Assembly: GCA_903940125.1 (NCBI GenBank)
Contig: CAJAJL010000059.1
Location: forward strand, 58,935-122,934
DNA length: 64,000 bases
Direction of reading: 5' to 3'
Origin: an uncultured Chlorobiaceae bacterium
GTDB lineage: Bacteria; Bacteroidota; Chlorobiia; Chlorobiales; Chlorobiaceae
A program made the translations under genes and the position numbers. The notes beneath the pieces were generated by a model. That model searched no databases. It was not told the origin of the DNA and saw only the letters and a list, made by a program, of their open reading frames with translations. Below are positions 36,655 to 47,922 of the stretch, piece by piece (the stretch's first letter is position 1; the number at the start of each line of letters is the position of its first letter).

Positions 36655-37842
36655 CTACTCTCCCCCCATAGGAATGGTAATGACATCAGCTGCAGCCCGT
36701 CGGCTTGCATTGACGACGTGGGCGTAAATCATCGTGTTCTCAATTTTGGTATGCCCCAGCATCTCGCTCAGGGTTTTGATGTTTGTATTTGCCAAGAGCT
36801 GCAGGGTGGCGAATGTGTGGCGCATCGTATGGAAGGTTACATTTTTCTTGATACCCGCATCCCGAATCCAATTTTTAAAATGAGGTTGTTTGCATTGGGT
36901 ATGGAGTTCTATCAGTCTTGGGAAAACAAATCCAGTTCGCTTCTCTGCAGGTATGTCAGCTGGTTTGTCAGTTTGGTTGCCGGTAGGGTTGCCGGAAGGG
37001 TTGTCGGGTACATCTGTTGCGGCAGCTATTTTTATTGCCTGTCGAGAGACCGGCAAGTAGTTGAGTGCCTTGGTTTTGCGCTGCCTGAAATGAACGCAGG
37101 GTCCGGTTGGATCAAAAACAACATCTTCCCACTTCAAGTGCGCAACATCTGAAATTCGCATACCGGTTAGGGCAGCAAAAAGGGCGGCTCGTTTAATCAG
37201 CGGCTTTCCACAAGGCGTTTTAACAAGTTTGTTTAATTCTTCCTTGGTCAGGTATATAATTTTAGTCCGTTGTGGTTGTATTGCTTTGACCTGCTCGGTA
37301 ATCTTGACTGTCATCATATCATTGCGATAGGCATGGATTAAGGCTGTACGGATGTTTGAGAAATCACTTCCGGCAGTATTAATCGCAAAATTTTCAAGCA
37401 GGTAGGTTCGGAAATTTTCAAGGAGATTCTTGTCGATTTCGGAAAAATACAAAGGCTGATCTGGCTTAAGCTTTAAGAATGCCTGTAATTTTCTTAGCGA
37501 TACGTTCCATTTTTTTTTTGTCGTGAGTGAAATATTTCTTTCCAGGGTATGCTTTTTATAAAATTCTATAAAGTCAGCAGGCTTGTTCGTTATCAAAAAA
37601 TCATAGCGACCAGCATGCAGTTGCAGTTGTGTCTTGGTAAGGGTAGCATTTGCCAGTGCCATAGTCTCTTTATTCTGCAGTCTTGCCTCTTTCGTTTTTG
37701 GGTCGACATGCAGTAACATGCCAAGATTGACAAACCGGGTAAGTCTGCCGGTTTCAGGGTGTGGTGCAGGGGGGTAGATATCAAGGCGTAAAGAGTACCG
37801 GGTTCCGTTGTCGATCAGGCGTTTTCTGAGTGTCGCTTTCAT
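36655..37842 (-). CDS. Tyrosine recombinase/integrase (copy 2, close paralogue)
   Basis: Same catalytic set and an identical first 32 aa; start at ATG 37842. Confidence 0.93.
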   Translation of the reverse strand: MKATLRKRLIDNGTRYSLRLDIYPPAPHPETGRLTRFVNLGMLLHVDPKTKEARLQNKETMALANATLTKTQLQLHAGRYDFLITNKPADFIEFYKKHTLERNISLTTKKKWNVSLRKLQAFLKLKPDQPLYFSEIDKNLLENFRTYLLENFAINTAGSDFSNIRTALIHAYRNDMMTVKITEQVKAIQPQRTKIIYLTKEELNKLVKTPCGKPLIKRAALFAALTGMRISDVAHLKWEDVVFDPTGPCVHFRQRKTKALNYLPVSRQAIKIAAATDVPDNPSGNPTGNQTDKPADIPAEKRTGFVFPRLIELHTQCKQPHFKNWIRDAGIKKNVTFHTMRHTFATLQLLANTNIKTLSEMLGHTKIENTMIYAHVVNASRRAAADVITIPMGGE

Positions 37843-37894
37843 GGTATGATGGGTAAAATTGTAAAGCCAAGTCGTTTTATCATCGTGTTTTAAA

Positions 37895-38075
37895 GGAACG
37901 ATCAGTGGAACAGATTCTGGAACAAATCGTGGAACAAAAACGGAACAACTCATGAATAAATCGGGAACAAATCGGGAACAAATCGCGGAACAAATCAGGA
38001 ACAAGCTGTGGAACAAGGTAAAAAAGCAAAGGTCACTATTCTTTGGTGTCCAGCGGAACAACTGTGGAACAAAAA
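37895..38075. repeat. Phased GGAACA repeats upstream of the integrases
   Basis: GGAACA at 37907, 37919, 37931, 37942, 37964, 37975, 37987, 37998, 38010, 38055 and 38066, plus degenerate copies at 37895 and 37953; 11-12 bp spacing. Confidence 0.88.
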
Positions 38076-38155
38076 GTAGCGAATTAATAACGAAACAAGA
38101 AATATAAAGAAAGAGGATAAGCTTGTAGAAGCAATGCTGGCGCTTGTTTTATACC

Positions 38156-40861
38156 TTAACGTATTTCTATGTTTTGCCCACCATAACCACTGCACCATGT
38201 GACTGCGCCCGCATTGGCAGTTGTACCGTTATCCCATAAGGCAGATAAAACAACATAATTACTGTTCTTTAGCGTCGTAATGGCCGCACTGCCCCACCCG
38301 ACCTGATTGCCTGTTTTAGAACCAACCAGACTGTTCTCTGCGCTGACTGTTCCTATGGTGCCTCCAAGTCCACCACACCACGTCACTGCCCCTGCATTGA
38401 CAGCTTTGCCATTGTCCCAATATCCTGAACAAACGACATAGTTCCCATTCGGTAGAGCGGTCACGTCATTTGAACCCGAATCATTCGATCCAATGCAATC
38501 ATTTTTTGTTGAGCCGACCAGACTGTTCAGCTCACTGACTCTTCCAACAGTTCCTTTAATGCCGTTACCCCACGTGACTGCTCCTGCATCGGCAACGATG
38601 GTGTTGTCGGCATTAACCTTGTCCCAATATCCTGAGCTGATGACGTAGTTCCCGTTCGTCAGAGCTGTGACATTTGAGCCAACAGCATCATTCGGTGAGG
38701 AACCTACCAGGCTGTTGACTGCAGATATCGTACCCGTCAATCGAATGCCAGCTATTTCGCCGTTCCCCCACATCACTGCACCAGCTGCATTGTTCCAGTT
38801 TGGAAAGCCCACCACATAGTGGCCGTTCAGAAGAGCGGTTACTGTCGAGCCAATACCATCATTGGCAAGGGATCCAACAAGACTGTTTATCGCTGAAACA
38901 TTTCCGCTGATACCTGTGGTGCCATCAATCCATGTCGCTGCTCCAGCGTCAGCCAGACCTGAGTTAGACCAGTGTGGTGTTAAGGTGACAGCATTGTTAT
39001 TGCCAACAAGGGCAATGACACTATTTCCCACCATATCATTTGCCGTTGAACCGGTAAGGATAGAGAGCAGTGTACCATCCGGCCTGTAGAGACGAAGGGC
39101 ACCTGCATTTATTGCTACACAATCATCTGATGGGGAGGCAACAATAATATTGCCGTTGGAGAGTTCTACTATTTTTCCTGAACCATGCTGGTTGCCGGCC
39201 TCGGGGCTGGCATCAACTAAAGGAATGAGGTAAAAAGTTTGAGCAGTTGGATTAGCGTCAATAGTTATGTTTCGTGGATCGAGCAGCAGCAGACCATTTT
39301 CGCCCCTGGGTGCAGCTGTAGTGACGTTACCTTGAAAAGTAAGCTTATCATGACTCGATACCTCTACCTTTCCACCGTTGCCGTTGTTGATACCCCCTTT
39401 AGCCTCGACAGCACCAGCAAAGGAGGTTGATTGGTCAGACCAGATCACTACAGTACCGCCACTTCCGTTATCAAGTGCATTGGCGTTCAGCCTGCTGCTT
39501 GAGGTAACCAGTGTGGTTGCCGCGTTGGCAAGAGTGAGATCGTTACCCTGCCAGCCTCCGCCTATAAATATTTGCCCGCCTCCGCTCTCTCCGTCAGCCC
39601 TGGCCATCGTACCGGCAATGATTGTCTCCGGTGCAGTGATTCGTATCTCCCCGCCCTGATAAGCACTGCCGCATGCGCTGAACGTTCCGGAGAGATAGAG
39701 TTTTTTCCCCGCGGTGATGGAGATCAGCCCTCCATGGCTGCCATCAGCACTTATATGGCTTGAGGAGGTTTGCTCAATGCTGCCGATAGCATTAATAAGG
39801 ATTTTGCCGCCAGTCAAATATCCACCTGTGTCCCATAAACCAGCATCGACAAGGTTATTGACGGCAACACTGATTTCGGGAGCGCTGAGTTTTCCTGTGT
39901 TGATCATTGCTGCGACTGCCGTTGCATCAATCTTGTTTTCCGCCTCGATAGTTCCGCTGTTGATGATACTGCCGGACTCAATTTCGACATTCCCGTTGTG
40001 CTCTGTGACAGTACCAGCCCGCACTTTTCCGCTGTTGTTTACCACTGTGGAAAGCAGTGCGTCTGCTGCGGATGCACTCATTATTACTGTGCCTCCATCA
40101 GCTTCAATGAGTCCGCTGTTTTTTATCTGGGCGTTATAGGTTGCCTGGTCTACTTTTATTGCAACAAGCCTATAAGGATCGAAGCTGAGCGTGATTCCCT
40201 CACCAACGGCCATCCCTGCCACACCTTTTGATGCGATCATACTTCCTGCGTTCTCGGCAGAAGTGCCGAGAAGTGCTATAAAACCGGCGTTTATGCATCC
40301 CTGATTGATTACTGAACCAGCAAATCCATCCCTGAACAACATGTATTTTTCTGAGAGAAAATCGCTGTCCCTGATACCGAGAGTTGATGCTACCACCCCT
40401 CCGGCATTTACGCTGGCTCCCGGGGCAAACAGCACACCGTTCGGGTTTACCAGAAAAATCTGACCGTTGGCAGTGAGTGTGCCGAAGATTTGAGAAGGAG
40501 TGTTCCCCGAAATCCGGTTAAGCAGTGTTGACTGGCATGTTGGCTGGGTAATGTTGACGGATTCGCCCTTGTTGATACCGAAGGAGTTCCAGTTGATGAT
40601 GGCCTGATTGCTCTCCTGAACAATATGCATAGTGCTGGAAGATGGCGAGCTGATGGTGGTTTTTCCAGCAGCCATTTGTCCGTTGACGGGTAAAGCAAAC
40701 GTTCGGCCTTCGGGAAAAAATGAAAGAAACACGATGGCAGTGGTAATCCGGCAATTCCTGGATATGTTCCAATAACAGTGACAGGATGTTTTGATTGTCA
40801 TAATGGTATGATTTACTTCGAATTCATACTTTATCTTACGTATAATATACGTTACTACCAC
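38156..40861 (-). pseudogene. Filamentous-haemagglutinin-like (TpsA-type) exoprotein, apparently C-terminally truncated
   Basis: Secretion domain (AIINWNSFGI...LLNRISG...NPNGVLF), then repeated L.NGNYVV...W...GAVTW.....NSLVGS units. The ORF stops in the middle of a repeat (GAVTWCSGYGGQNIEIR*). Confidence 0.8.
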
Positions 40862-41040
40862 GCAAACACAAAGAATTCGATGTAAAACTTTTCAGTTCAG
40901 CGCTGGCTGTACTTTTCTGAGCGGTAAACAGTTATCCGAGGTAGAAAAAGTCTTTGCCTGTTAAACTGGGGGGTATCGGAATCTTCTTATACAATGAACC
41001 AGAGGCTGGTCATATCCGGTAAAGAGGCTCCTTCGAAGGG

Positions 41041-42234
41041 CTATGGAAAAAAGGTATTGCGGATGTTCTCCCGATAAAGGGAAAGTCTTTTCAGAATTTC
41101 ATCCAGATGATCGCCTCCAAGCTTTTCAAGCAATGCATTGGCAATAACTGGTGCGACTACAGCCTCAGCAACCACACCAGCGGCAGGGACTGCGCAGGTA
41201 TCACTCCTTTCGAAACGTGAAAGAGTCGGCTGCCTGGTTTCAACGTCAAAAGACATCAGGGGAGTGACCAGCGAGGAGATCGGCTTCATCGCTGCCCGGA
41301 GATGAATGACCTGACCGCTTGACATGCTTCCTTCAAGACCACCAGCCCGATTGGTTTTTCTTGTGGCGCCATTGCTCGCAATAAGGTGAAATTCATCGTG
41401 CACCTGTGAACCGGGTTTTCTTGCATTATCAAAAGCACACCCGATTTCGACACCCTTAATGGCCTGAATTGAGATGACTGCTGCTGCGAGCGCAGCATCA
41501 AGACGCCTGTCGTGCTGCACATAACTGCCAAACCCAGGTGGGACTCCAGTGATAAATATTTCTATGATCCCACCGAGAGTGTCGCCACTCTCTCTGGCAA
41601 CGTCAATAGCAGCAAGTGCGGCTGCTTCGGCTGTTTTATCGAGCATGCGGACAGGTGAAATGTCGGCCTGAGCTGAAACTGCTTCTGCACCCTTGCCGAG
41701 GAGTTCGGCAAATTGAATATTGTCAGAGAGCTCCGCTGCCGGTCCGATAGCTGAGATATAACTGCCGATTTCAATGCCGAGAGCTTTGAGGAACACTTGT
41801 GACAATGCACCAGCGGCAACCCGAGCAGCAGTTTCCCGAGCTGACGAGCGCTCAATAACAGGCCGGATATCATCAAAACCGTATTTTATCCGTCCAGCCA
41901 GGTCGGCATGGCCGGGCCTTGGAATCGTGATTTTGCTGACTTCCTCATCGGGTTTCTCAAACTGGGCCATAGTAGTTGTCCAGTTTGCCCAGTCGCGGTT
42001 TTTAATGACCAGCGCAATTGGTGAACCGATAGTTTTGCCGAAACGAATGCCTGAAAGCACCTCTGCTTTATCGGTCTCAATTTTCATGCGTCCTCCCCGA
42101 CCATATCCTTGTTGCCGGCGGGCTAACTGAGCGTTGATCTCTTCTGAGCGTATGGGAACTCCCGCCGGCATACCTTCCACTATTGCCGAAAGTGCGGGTC
42201 CATGAGACTCTCCTGCAGTAAAGTATCGAATCAT
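41041..42234 (-). CDS. aroC: Chorismate synthase
   Basis: TAGESHG, RPGHAD, ERSSARETA, MKPISSL, RSDTCAVP. Confidence 0.97.
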   Translation of the reverse strand: MIRYFTAGESHGPALSAIVEGMPAGVPIRSEEINAQLARRQQGYGRGGRMKIETDKAEVLSGIRFGKTIGSPIALVIKNRDWANWTTTMAQFEKPDEEVSKITIPRPGHADLAGRIKYGFDDIRPVIERSSARETAARVAAGALSQVFLKALGIEIGSYISAIGPAAELSDNIQFAELLGKGAEAVSAQADISPVRMLDKTAEAAALAAIDVARESGDTLGGIIEIFITGVPPGFGSYVQHDRRLDAALAAAVISIQAIKGVEIGCAFDNARKPGSQVHDEFHLIASNGATRKTNRAGGLEGSMSSGQVIHLRAAMKPISSLVTPLMSFDVETRQPTLSRFERSDTCAVPAAGVVAEAVVAPVIANALLEKLGGDHLDEILKRLSLYRENIRNTFFP

Positions 42235-42249
42235 ATCTTTTAAACGGTA

Positions 42250-42289
42250 AAATGCCCGGCTGTGTCCTGAAATGTACAGCCGGGCGTTT
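42250..42289 (-). terminator. Hairpin terminator downstream of hemB
   Basis: aatgcccggctgt...acagccgggcgtt inverted repeat. Confidence 0.65.
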
Positions 42290-42318
42290 TCAATGGGTTA
42301 TTCTTTTTTCAAAGAGGT

Positions 42319-43326
<1,008 letters not shown>

Positions 43327-43411
43327 TTAAAAAGCCAAAAATACGAAAATCTATGAACATCGCGAAGTTCCTGGAAGGAAAAACTACCATAGAGGGAGCA
43401 AGGAGAAAGTG

Positions 43412-44563
43412 TTACAATAAATAACTCATCATGATGCCGGCAGCAACGGCCGAACCGATTACACCTGCGATGTTTGGAGCCATAGCATGCATGATCAGGT
43501 GATTTTCGGGATCAGCTTTAAGTCCTTCAATCTGAACCACAAGCGCACTGTCCGGGACAGCAGAGACACCTGCAGCACCGATCAGCGGGTTAATCCTGTT
43601 TTCCGTTGAAAGAAAAAGGTTCATGATTTTAGCAAAAAGCACCCCGCCGGCGGTGGACAGCATAAAAGCAGTTGTACCGAGAATAAAAATACGCAATGAT
43701 TCCTGTGTCAGAAAAGTGGTGGCCTGGGTTGAAGCGCCGATGGTGAGACCAAGAATAATGGTGACCATATCGATCATGGAATTTTTTGCTGTATCGGCCA
43801 GACGTTTTGTTACCATGGACTCTTTGAGCAGATTGCCTAAAAAAAGCATGCCGAGAAGTGGCAGCGACCCGGGAGCAATAAATCCTGTAAGAAGAAGAGC
43901 GACAACAGGGAAAAGTATTTTTTCCAGTTTACTTACTGAACGTGGCGGTTTCATTTTAATTCTGCGTTCTTTTTTCGTGGTCAAAAGACGCATGATCGGT
44001 GGCTGAATAAGTGGAAGAAGTGCCATATAGGAATACGCGGCAATGGCTATAGAGCCAATGAGATGCGGTGCCAGCTTAGAAGAGAGAAATATTGCTGTAG
44101 GGCCGTCAGCTCCACCAATTATTCCAATTGAAGCTGATTCCGGATTGGTGAATCCCAGAGAAATAGCTCCGATGTAGGTTAAGAAAATGCCAAGCTGAGC
44201 TGCAGCACCAAGCAACATGAGTTTGGGGTTTGAAATCAGGGGCGAAAAATCTGTCATGGCACCGATTCCGAGAAAAATCAACGGCGGAAAAATCCCTTTC
44301 AAGACGCCCATATAAAGATAACTCATAACGCTGCCTTCCTCATATATGCCAAGGTGCAGTCCGGCATGTTCAGCGAATGGCGTGTTACCGATCAGGATAC
44401 CGAATCCTATCGGCACAAGAAGCAGAGGCTTATATTCATATCGGATAGCAAGATAAATGAATATAAGTCCGACAAGAATCATCAACAGGTGTCCCGGAGT
44501 CACATTGACGAACGCGGAATGTTCAAAAAACCGCACAAATCCTTCCATAATAGTGTTATTCAA
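43412..44563 (-). CDS. Na+-translocating decarboxylase beta subunit (MmdB/OadB family)
   Basis: GIIGGADGPT, AAYSYMAL, IGAAGVSAVP, MAPNIAGVIGS. Confidence 0.93.
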   Translation of the reverse strand: MNNTIMEGFVRFFEHSAFVNVTPGHLLMILVGLIFIYLAIRYEYKPLLLVPIGFGILIGNTPFAEHAGLHLGIYEEGSVMSYLYMGVLKGIFPPLIFLGIGAMTDFSPLISNPKLMLLGAAAQLGIFLTYIGAISLGFTNPESASIGIIGGADGPTAIFLSSKLAPHLIGSIAIAAYSYMALLPLIQPPIMRLLTTKKERRIKMKPPRSVSKLEKILFPVVALLLTGFIAPGSLPLLGMLFLGNLLKESMVTKRLADTAKNSMIDMVTIILGLTIGASTQATTFLTQESLRIFILGTTAFMLSTAGGVLFAKIMNLFLSTENRINPLIGAAGVSAVPDSALVVQIEGLKADPENHLIMHAMAPNIAGVIGSAVAAGIMMSYLL

Positions 44564-44972
44564 TTTCGATCAGAATGTCGCCCTGCATAACGGTATCACC
44601 TACGCCAACTCTGACTGTTTTAACTGTACCGCCCTTTTCAGCAAAAACATTGTTTTCCATTTTCATGGCTTCCAGAATAATGACTGGCTGGTCGAGTTTA
44701 ATCTGCATACCAGGGTAGACGTTAATCGCAATAATTGTACCAGGAAGGGGGGCCTTGATCAAGCTCAGGCCAGGGGTATTGAGTACCGGCGCTTTTGGTG
44801 GTGTCGGAGGAGTGTACCTTACAAGTTTTGGCGTCTGGGGTGTTTTGATTTCCTTTCCAAGTTCAACCTGATAGGAGGTTCCGTTTACCTCGACCTCGGC
44901 AATGTTTTCCTCGAAGGATTTGATTTCAACGTTGTACTTGTTTCCGCTTATCGTGAACTTATAACGTCTCAT
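44556..44972 (-). CDS. Biotin carboxyl carrier subunit (MmdC-like)
   Basis: EAMKMEN biotinylation motif after a Pro-rich linker. Confidence 0.92.
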   Translation of the reverse strand: MRRYKFTISGNKYNVEIKSFEENIAEVEVNGTSYQVELGKEIKTPQTPKLVRYTPPTPPKAPVLNTPGLSLIKAPLPGTIIAINVYPGMQIKLDQPVIILEAMKMENNVFAEKGGTVKTVRVGVGDTVMQGDILIEIE

Positions 44973-45349
44973 CGTTGAAAACGGTTAAAATTAATGACAT
45001 TGTAGATTTTTGAATTCCATGGGGAATAGGATTTCCCAACTTTTTTTATGGTCAGAATTGCAGTTTCCTCATCGTGCAACTCTTCCAGGTAAAGAGATAT
45101 AGCTGTGGCGATTGCAGCACTGACCTCTCCTTGAATCATATTTCCCGTAAACGCAGCCTTTTCCTCGCCACCCTCTTTGTGAAACTTTTTTCTCAGGTTA
45201 CGGGTGAGAAACTTAGGAATGATACTGAACACCAGAAAAAGCAGAAAAAGGGAAAGAAACACTACGCTATAACCGATGACGGCAAGGCCTATATGTTCCC
45301 TGCCGATTGCTGAAAGATCAACAGGTAAAATTTGAACAAAAGCAGTCAT
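44969..45349 (-). CDS. Decarboxylase gamma/delta subunit (OadG/MmdD family)
   Basis: Single N-terminal TM (GYSVVFLSLFLLFLVF), AAIATAI, SPW at the end. Confidence 0.85.
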   Translation of the reverse strand: MTAFVQILPVDLSAIGREHIGLAVIGYSVVFLSLFLLFLVFSIIPKFLTRNLRKKFHKEGGEEKAAFTGNMIQGEVSAAIATAISLYLEELHDEETAILTIKKVGKSYSPWNSKIYNVINFNRFQR

Positions 45350-45363
45350 TGACTTTTTTATGG

Positions 45364-46905
45364 TTATAGTGGAAGGGTAGAGTGTTTTTTTGGAGGATTG
45401 ACATCCTTCTTGGTCGAAAGTGTCTGTAAAGCACGGATTATTCTGAACCTGGTATTGCGTGGTTCAATGATATCATCAATATAGCCGTATTTTGCCGCTT
45501 CATAAGGGTTGGAAAATTTCTCACGATACTCAGCTGCATTATCTGACACAAACTTTGCACGTTCTTCAGGATTTTCGATCGCCAGAAGATCGCGATTATA
45601 CAACACCTCTATAGCACCGATTGGCCCCATGACCGCAATTTCTGCCGTAGGCCAGGCATAATTAACGTCTCCGCGCAGCTGTTTGGAACTCATGACAATG
45701 TAAGCTCCGCCATAAGCCTTGCGCAGAATAATCGTGATTTTCGGGACGGTGGCCTCTCCGTAAGCGAATATCAGTTTCGCGCCATTACTGATAATACCTT
45801 CAAACTCCTGGGCACTTCCCGGCAGAAATCCCGGAACATCAACAAGGGTAACGAGAGGTATATTAAAGGCATCACAGAATCTGACAAACCGGGCGGCCTT
45901 GCGTGAAGCGTTAATGTCAAGGCATCCGGCAAGAAAGTTCGGCTGATTGGCTACAATGCCGGTTGACATTCCATTAAAAGTGACAAAACCAACAACAATG
46001 TTTCGGGCATATTGCCGCTGTACTTCGAGAAACTCTCCATTGTCCGCAATCGAATGAATAATATCCTTGACATCATAGGGAATAGATGGCTTGTCAGGTA
46101 TGATCGTATTCAGTTTTTCATCCAATCGGTCAGCAGGGTCGCTGCAGACGGCCAGTGGTGGTTCTTCAAGGTTATTCTGGGGGAGGTAACTGAGCAGTTT
46201 TTTTATCAGAAGTATACCCTCGGTTTCATTGGCTCCAACAAAATGGGTGACTCCTGATTTTGTTGCATGAACTGTTGCTCCTCCAAGATCTTCATCAGTG
46301 ATGGTTTCACCAGTAACAGTTTTAACAACTTTCGGCCCGGTGACAAACATGTAACTGGTCTTTTCAGCCATGACAACAAAGTCAGTAAGTGCGGGAGAGT
46401 AGACAGCGCCACCGGCACACGGTCCGAAAATAGCTGATATCTGTGGAATGACTCCCGAAGCCATGATATTGCGCTGAAAAATACTTGCATAGCCGGAAAG
46501 GCTTCGCACCCCTTCCTGGATTCTTGCCCCTCCGCTGTCATTTATTCCGATAAGCGGTGCTCCGACCTTCATAGCCTGATCCATGACCTTGCAGATTTTA
46601 AGGGCATTCGTCTCTGAAAGGGAGCCGCCAAGAACGGTAAAATCCTGAGAGAAAACATAGACAGTACGTCCATCTATGGTTCCATGGCCCGTGATGACTC
46701 CATCTGAAAGAAATTGCTCCTTATCAAGACTAAAATCAGTGGTTCGGTGCGTGACAAACATATCGTATTCTTCAAAACTGCCTTCATCAAGCAGCATGTC
46801 AAGGCGTTCCCGTGCTGTAAATTTGCCTTTTTTATGTTGTGCTTCTATGCGCTTTTCTCCGCCACCGAGACGAGCTTTTTCACGTTCCGCAATTAAGCGT
46901 TTCAT
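45364..46905 (-). CDS. Acyl-CoA carboxyltransferase (methylmalonyl-CoA decarboxylase alpha / PccB-like)
   Basis: [45 protein letters not shown]. Confidence 0.92.
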   Translation of the reverse strand: MKRLIAEREKARLGGGEKRIEAQHKKGKFTARERLDMLLDEGSFEEYDMFVTHRTTDFSLDKEQFLSDGVITGHGTIDGRTVYVFSQDFTVLGGSLSETNALKICKVMDQAMKVGAPLIGINDSGGARIQEGVRSLSGYASIFQRNIMASGVIPQISAIFGPCAGGAVYSPALTDFVVMAEKTSYMFVTGPKVVKTVTGETITDEDLGGATVHATKSGVTHFVGANETEGILLIKKLLSYLPQNNLEEPPLAVCSDPADRLDEKLNTIIPDKPSIPYDVKDIIHSIADNGEFLEVQRQYARNIVVGFVTFNGMSTGIVANQPNFLAGCLDINASRKAARFVRFCDAFNIPLVTLVDVPGFLPGSAQEFEGIISNGAKLIFAYGEATVPKITIILRKAYGGAYIVMSSKQLRGDVNYAWPTAEIAVMGPIGAIEVLYNRDLLAIENPEERAKFVSDNAAEYREKFSNPYEAAKYGYIDDIIEPRNTRFRIIRALQTLSTKKDVNPPKKHSTLPL

Positions 46906-47148
46906 TGTGTTTTACGATATTGATTAAGTAACTTGCCATGCGGCTTTTTTTCTTTCATAATTATCTCACAAGCACCTTCATGCCGTTTTTTTGGTGCACG
47001 GATAATGCGGTGTGCCGCTACGTATTCCTTTCTTTGCGTTCTTTTATGCTTAAATAGTGGTAAAAAAAAAGGAATAACTGCTTTTCAGTATGCAGGAATG
47101 GATAATATTGCATTTTATTGTTAAAGTTCTTAATAACGAGTAGAAACT

Positions 47149-47916
47149 ATGACTTCTGATCTTCAGCTTGCCGTGGAATTGGCCGAACAGGCTGGTCGAT
47201 TAACCTTGGACTATTTTTCCCGTAAATCGCTTCAGGTTTTCACCAAGAGAGATGCAACCCCTGTTACTGAAGCGGATCGAAAAGCTGAAGAGCTTATACG
47301 GAACGCGATTATCGCACGGTACCCTGGAGACGGACTTCTTGGTGAAGAATTTGATGAACGTCCTTCCGATAATAATCGTCGGTGGATTATTGATCCGATT
47401 GACGGCACCAAGGCGTTTATTCGTCGGGTTCCGCTTTACGGCGTTTTGATTGCTCTCGAAGTTAGCGGATTTCTCCAGCTCGGTGTTGTCTATTTTCCTG
47501 CACTTGGTGAACTCTACTATGCCGAACGGGGAAGTGGAGCCTTTCTCAATGAATCACCAATTTCGGTCTCTTCTGTTTCGGATGTCAGGAATGCAACAGT
47601 TCTTTATACAGAAAGAGAGTATCTGCTCGATCCTCCCACACTGCATCCTGTAGATCTGCTTCGCCGAGATGCCGATCTTGTGCGTGGCTGGGGTGACTGC
47701 TATGGTCACATGCTTGTTGCTTCGGGCAGGGCTGAAGTATCCGTGGATAAGATTATGAACCCTTGGGATTGTGCCGCGCTCATTCCAGTGGTCACTGAAG
47801 CGGGAGGATGCTGCTTTGATTATAATGGAGTAACGACCATATCCGGTGAAGGTCTTGTCAGTGCCAACAAGCTCATCGGCACAAAACTGCTGGAGAGCAT
47901 AGAAAAACAGATATAA
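47149..47916 (+). CDS. hisN: Histidinol-phosphatase, inositol-monophosphatase family
   Basis: TPVTEADR, GEEF, WIIDPIDGTKAF, WGDCYG, WDCAAL. Confidence 0.85.
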   Translation: MTSDLQLAVELAEQAGRLTLDYFSRKSLQVFTKRDATPVTEADRKAEELIRNAIIARYPGDGLLGEEFDERPSDNNRRWIIDPIDGTKAFIRRVPLYGVLIALEVSGFLQLGVVYFPALGELYYAERGSGAFLNESPISVSSVSDVRNATVLYTEREYLLDPPTLHPVDLLRRDADLVRGWGDCYGHMLVASGRAEVSVDKIMNPWDCAALIPVVTEAGGCCFDYNGVTTISGEGLVSANKLIGTKLLESIEKQI

Positions 47917-47922
47917 CTGTTT

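Larger units (their letters stand above)
27474..38075. mobile_element. Phage-satellite-like element or defective prophage (boundaries approximate)
   Basis: int-int-orf, divergent repressor/xis, then ERF, RusA-like, replication protein, exonuclease, Gp157 and terS-like genes. No capsid, portal, large terminase, tail or lysis genes seen. Confidence 0.8.

Noticed and set aside
26857-38182. TTTTGYCCAC(C) at 26857 (also ~25382) and 38172 as attL/attR core
   Set aside because: Only 10-11 bp with a mismatch, and the adhesin reading frame does not resume beyond the left copy. Suggestive because it coincides with the truncation point, but not supportable without comparative data.
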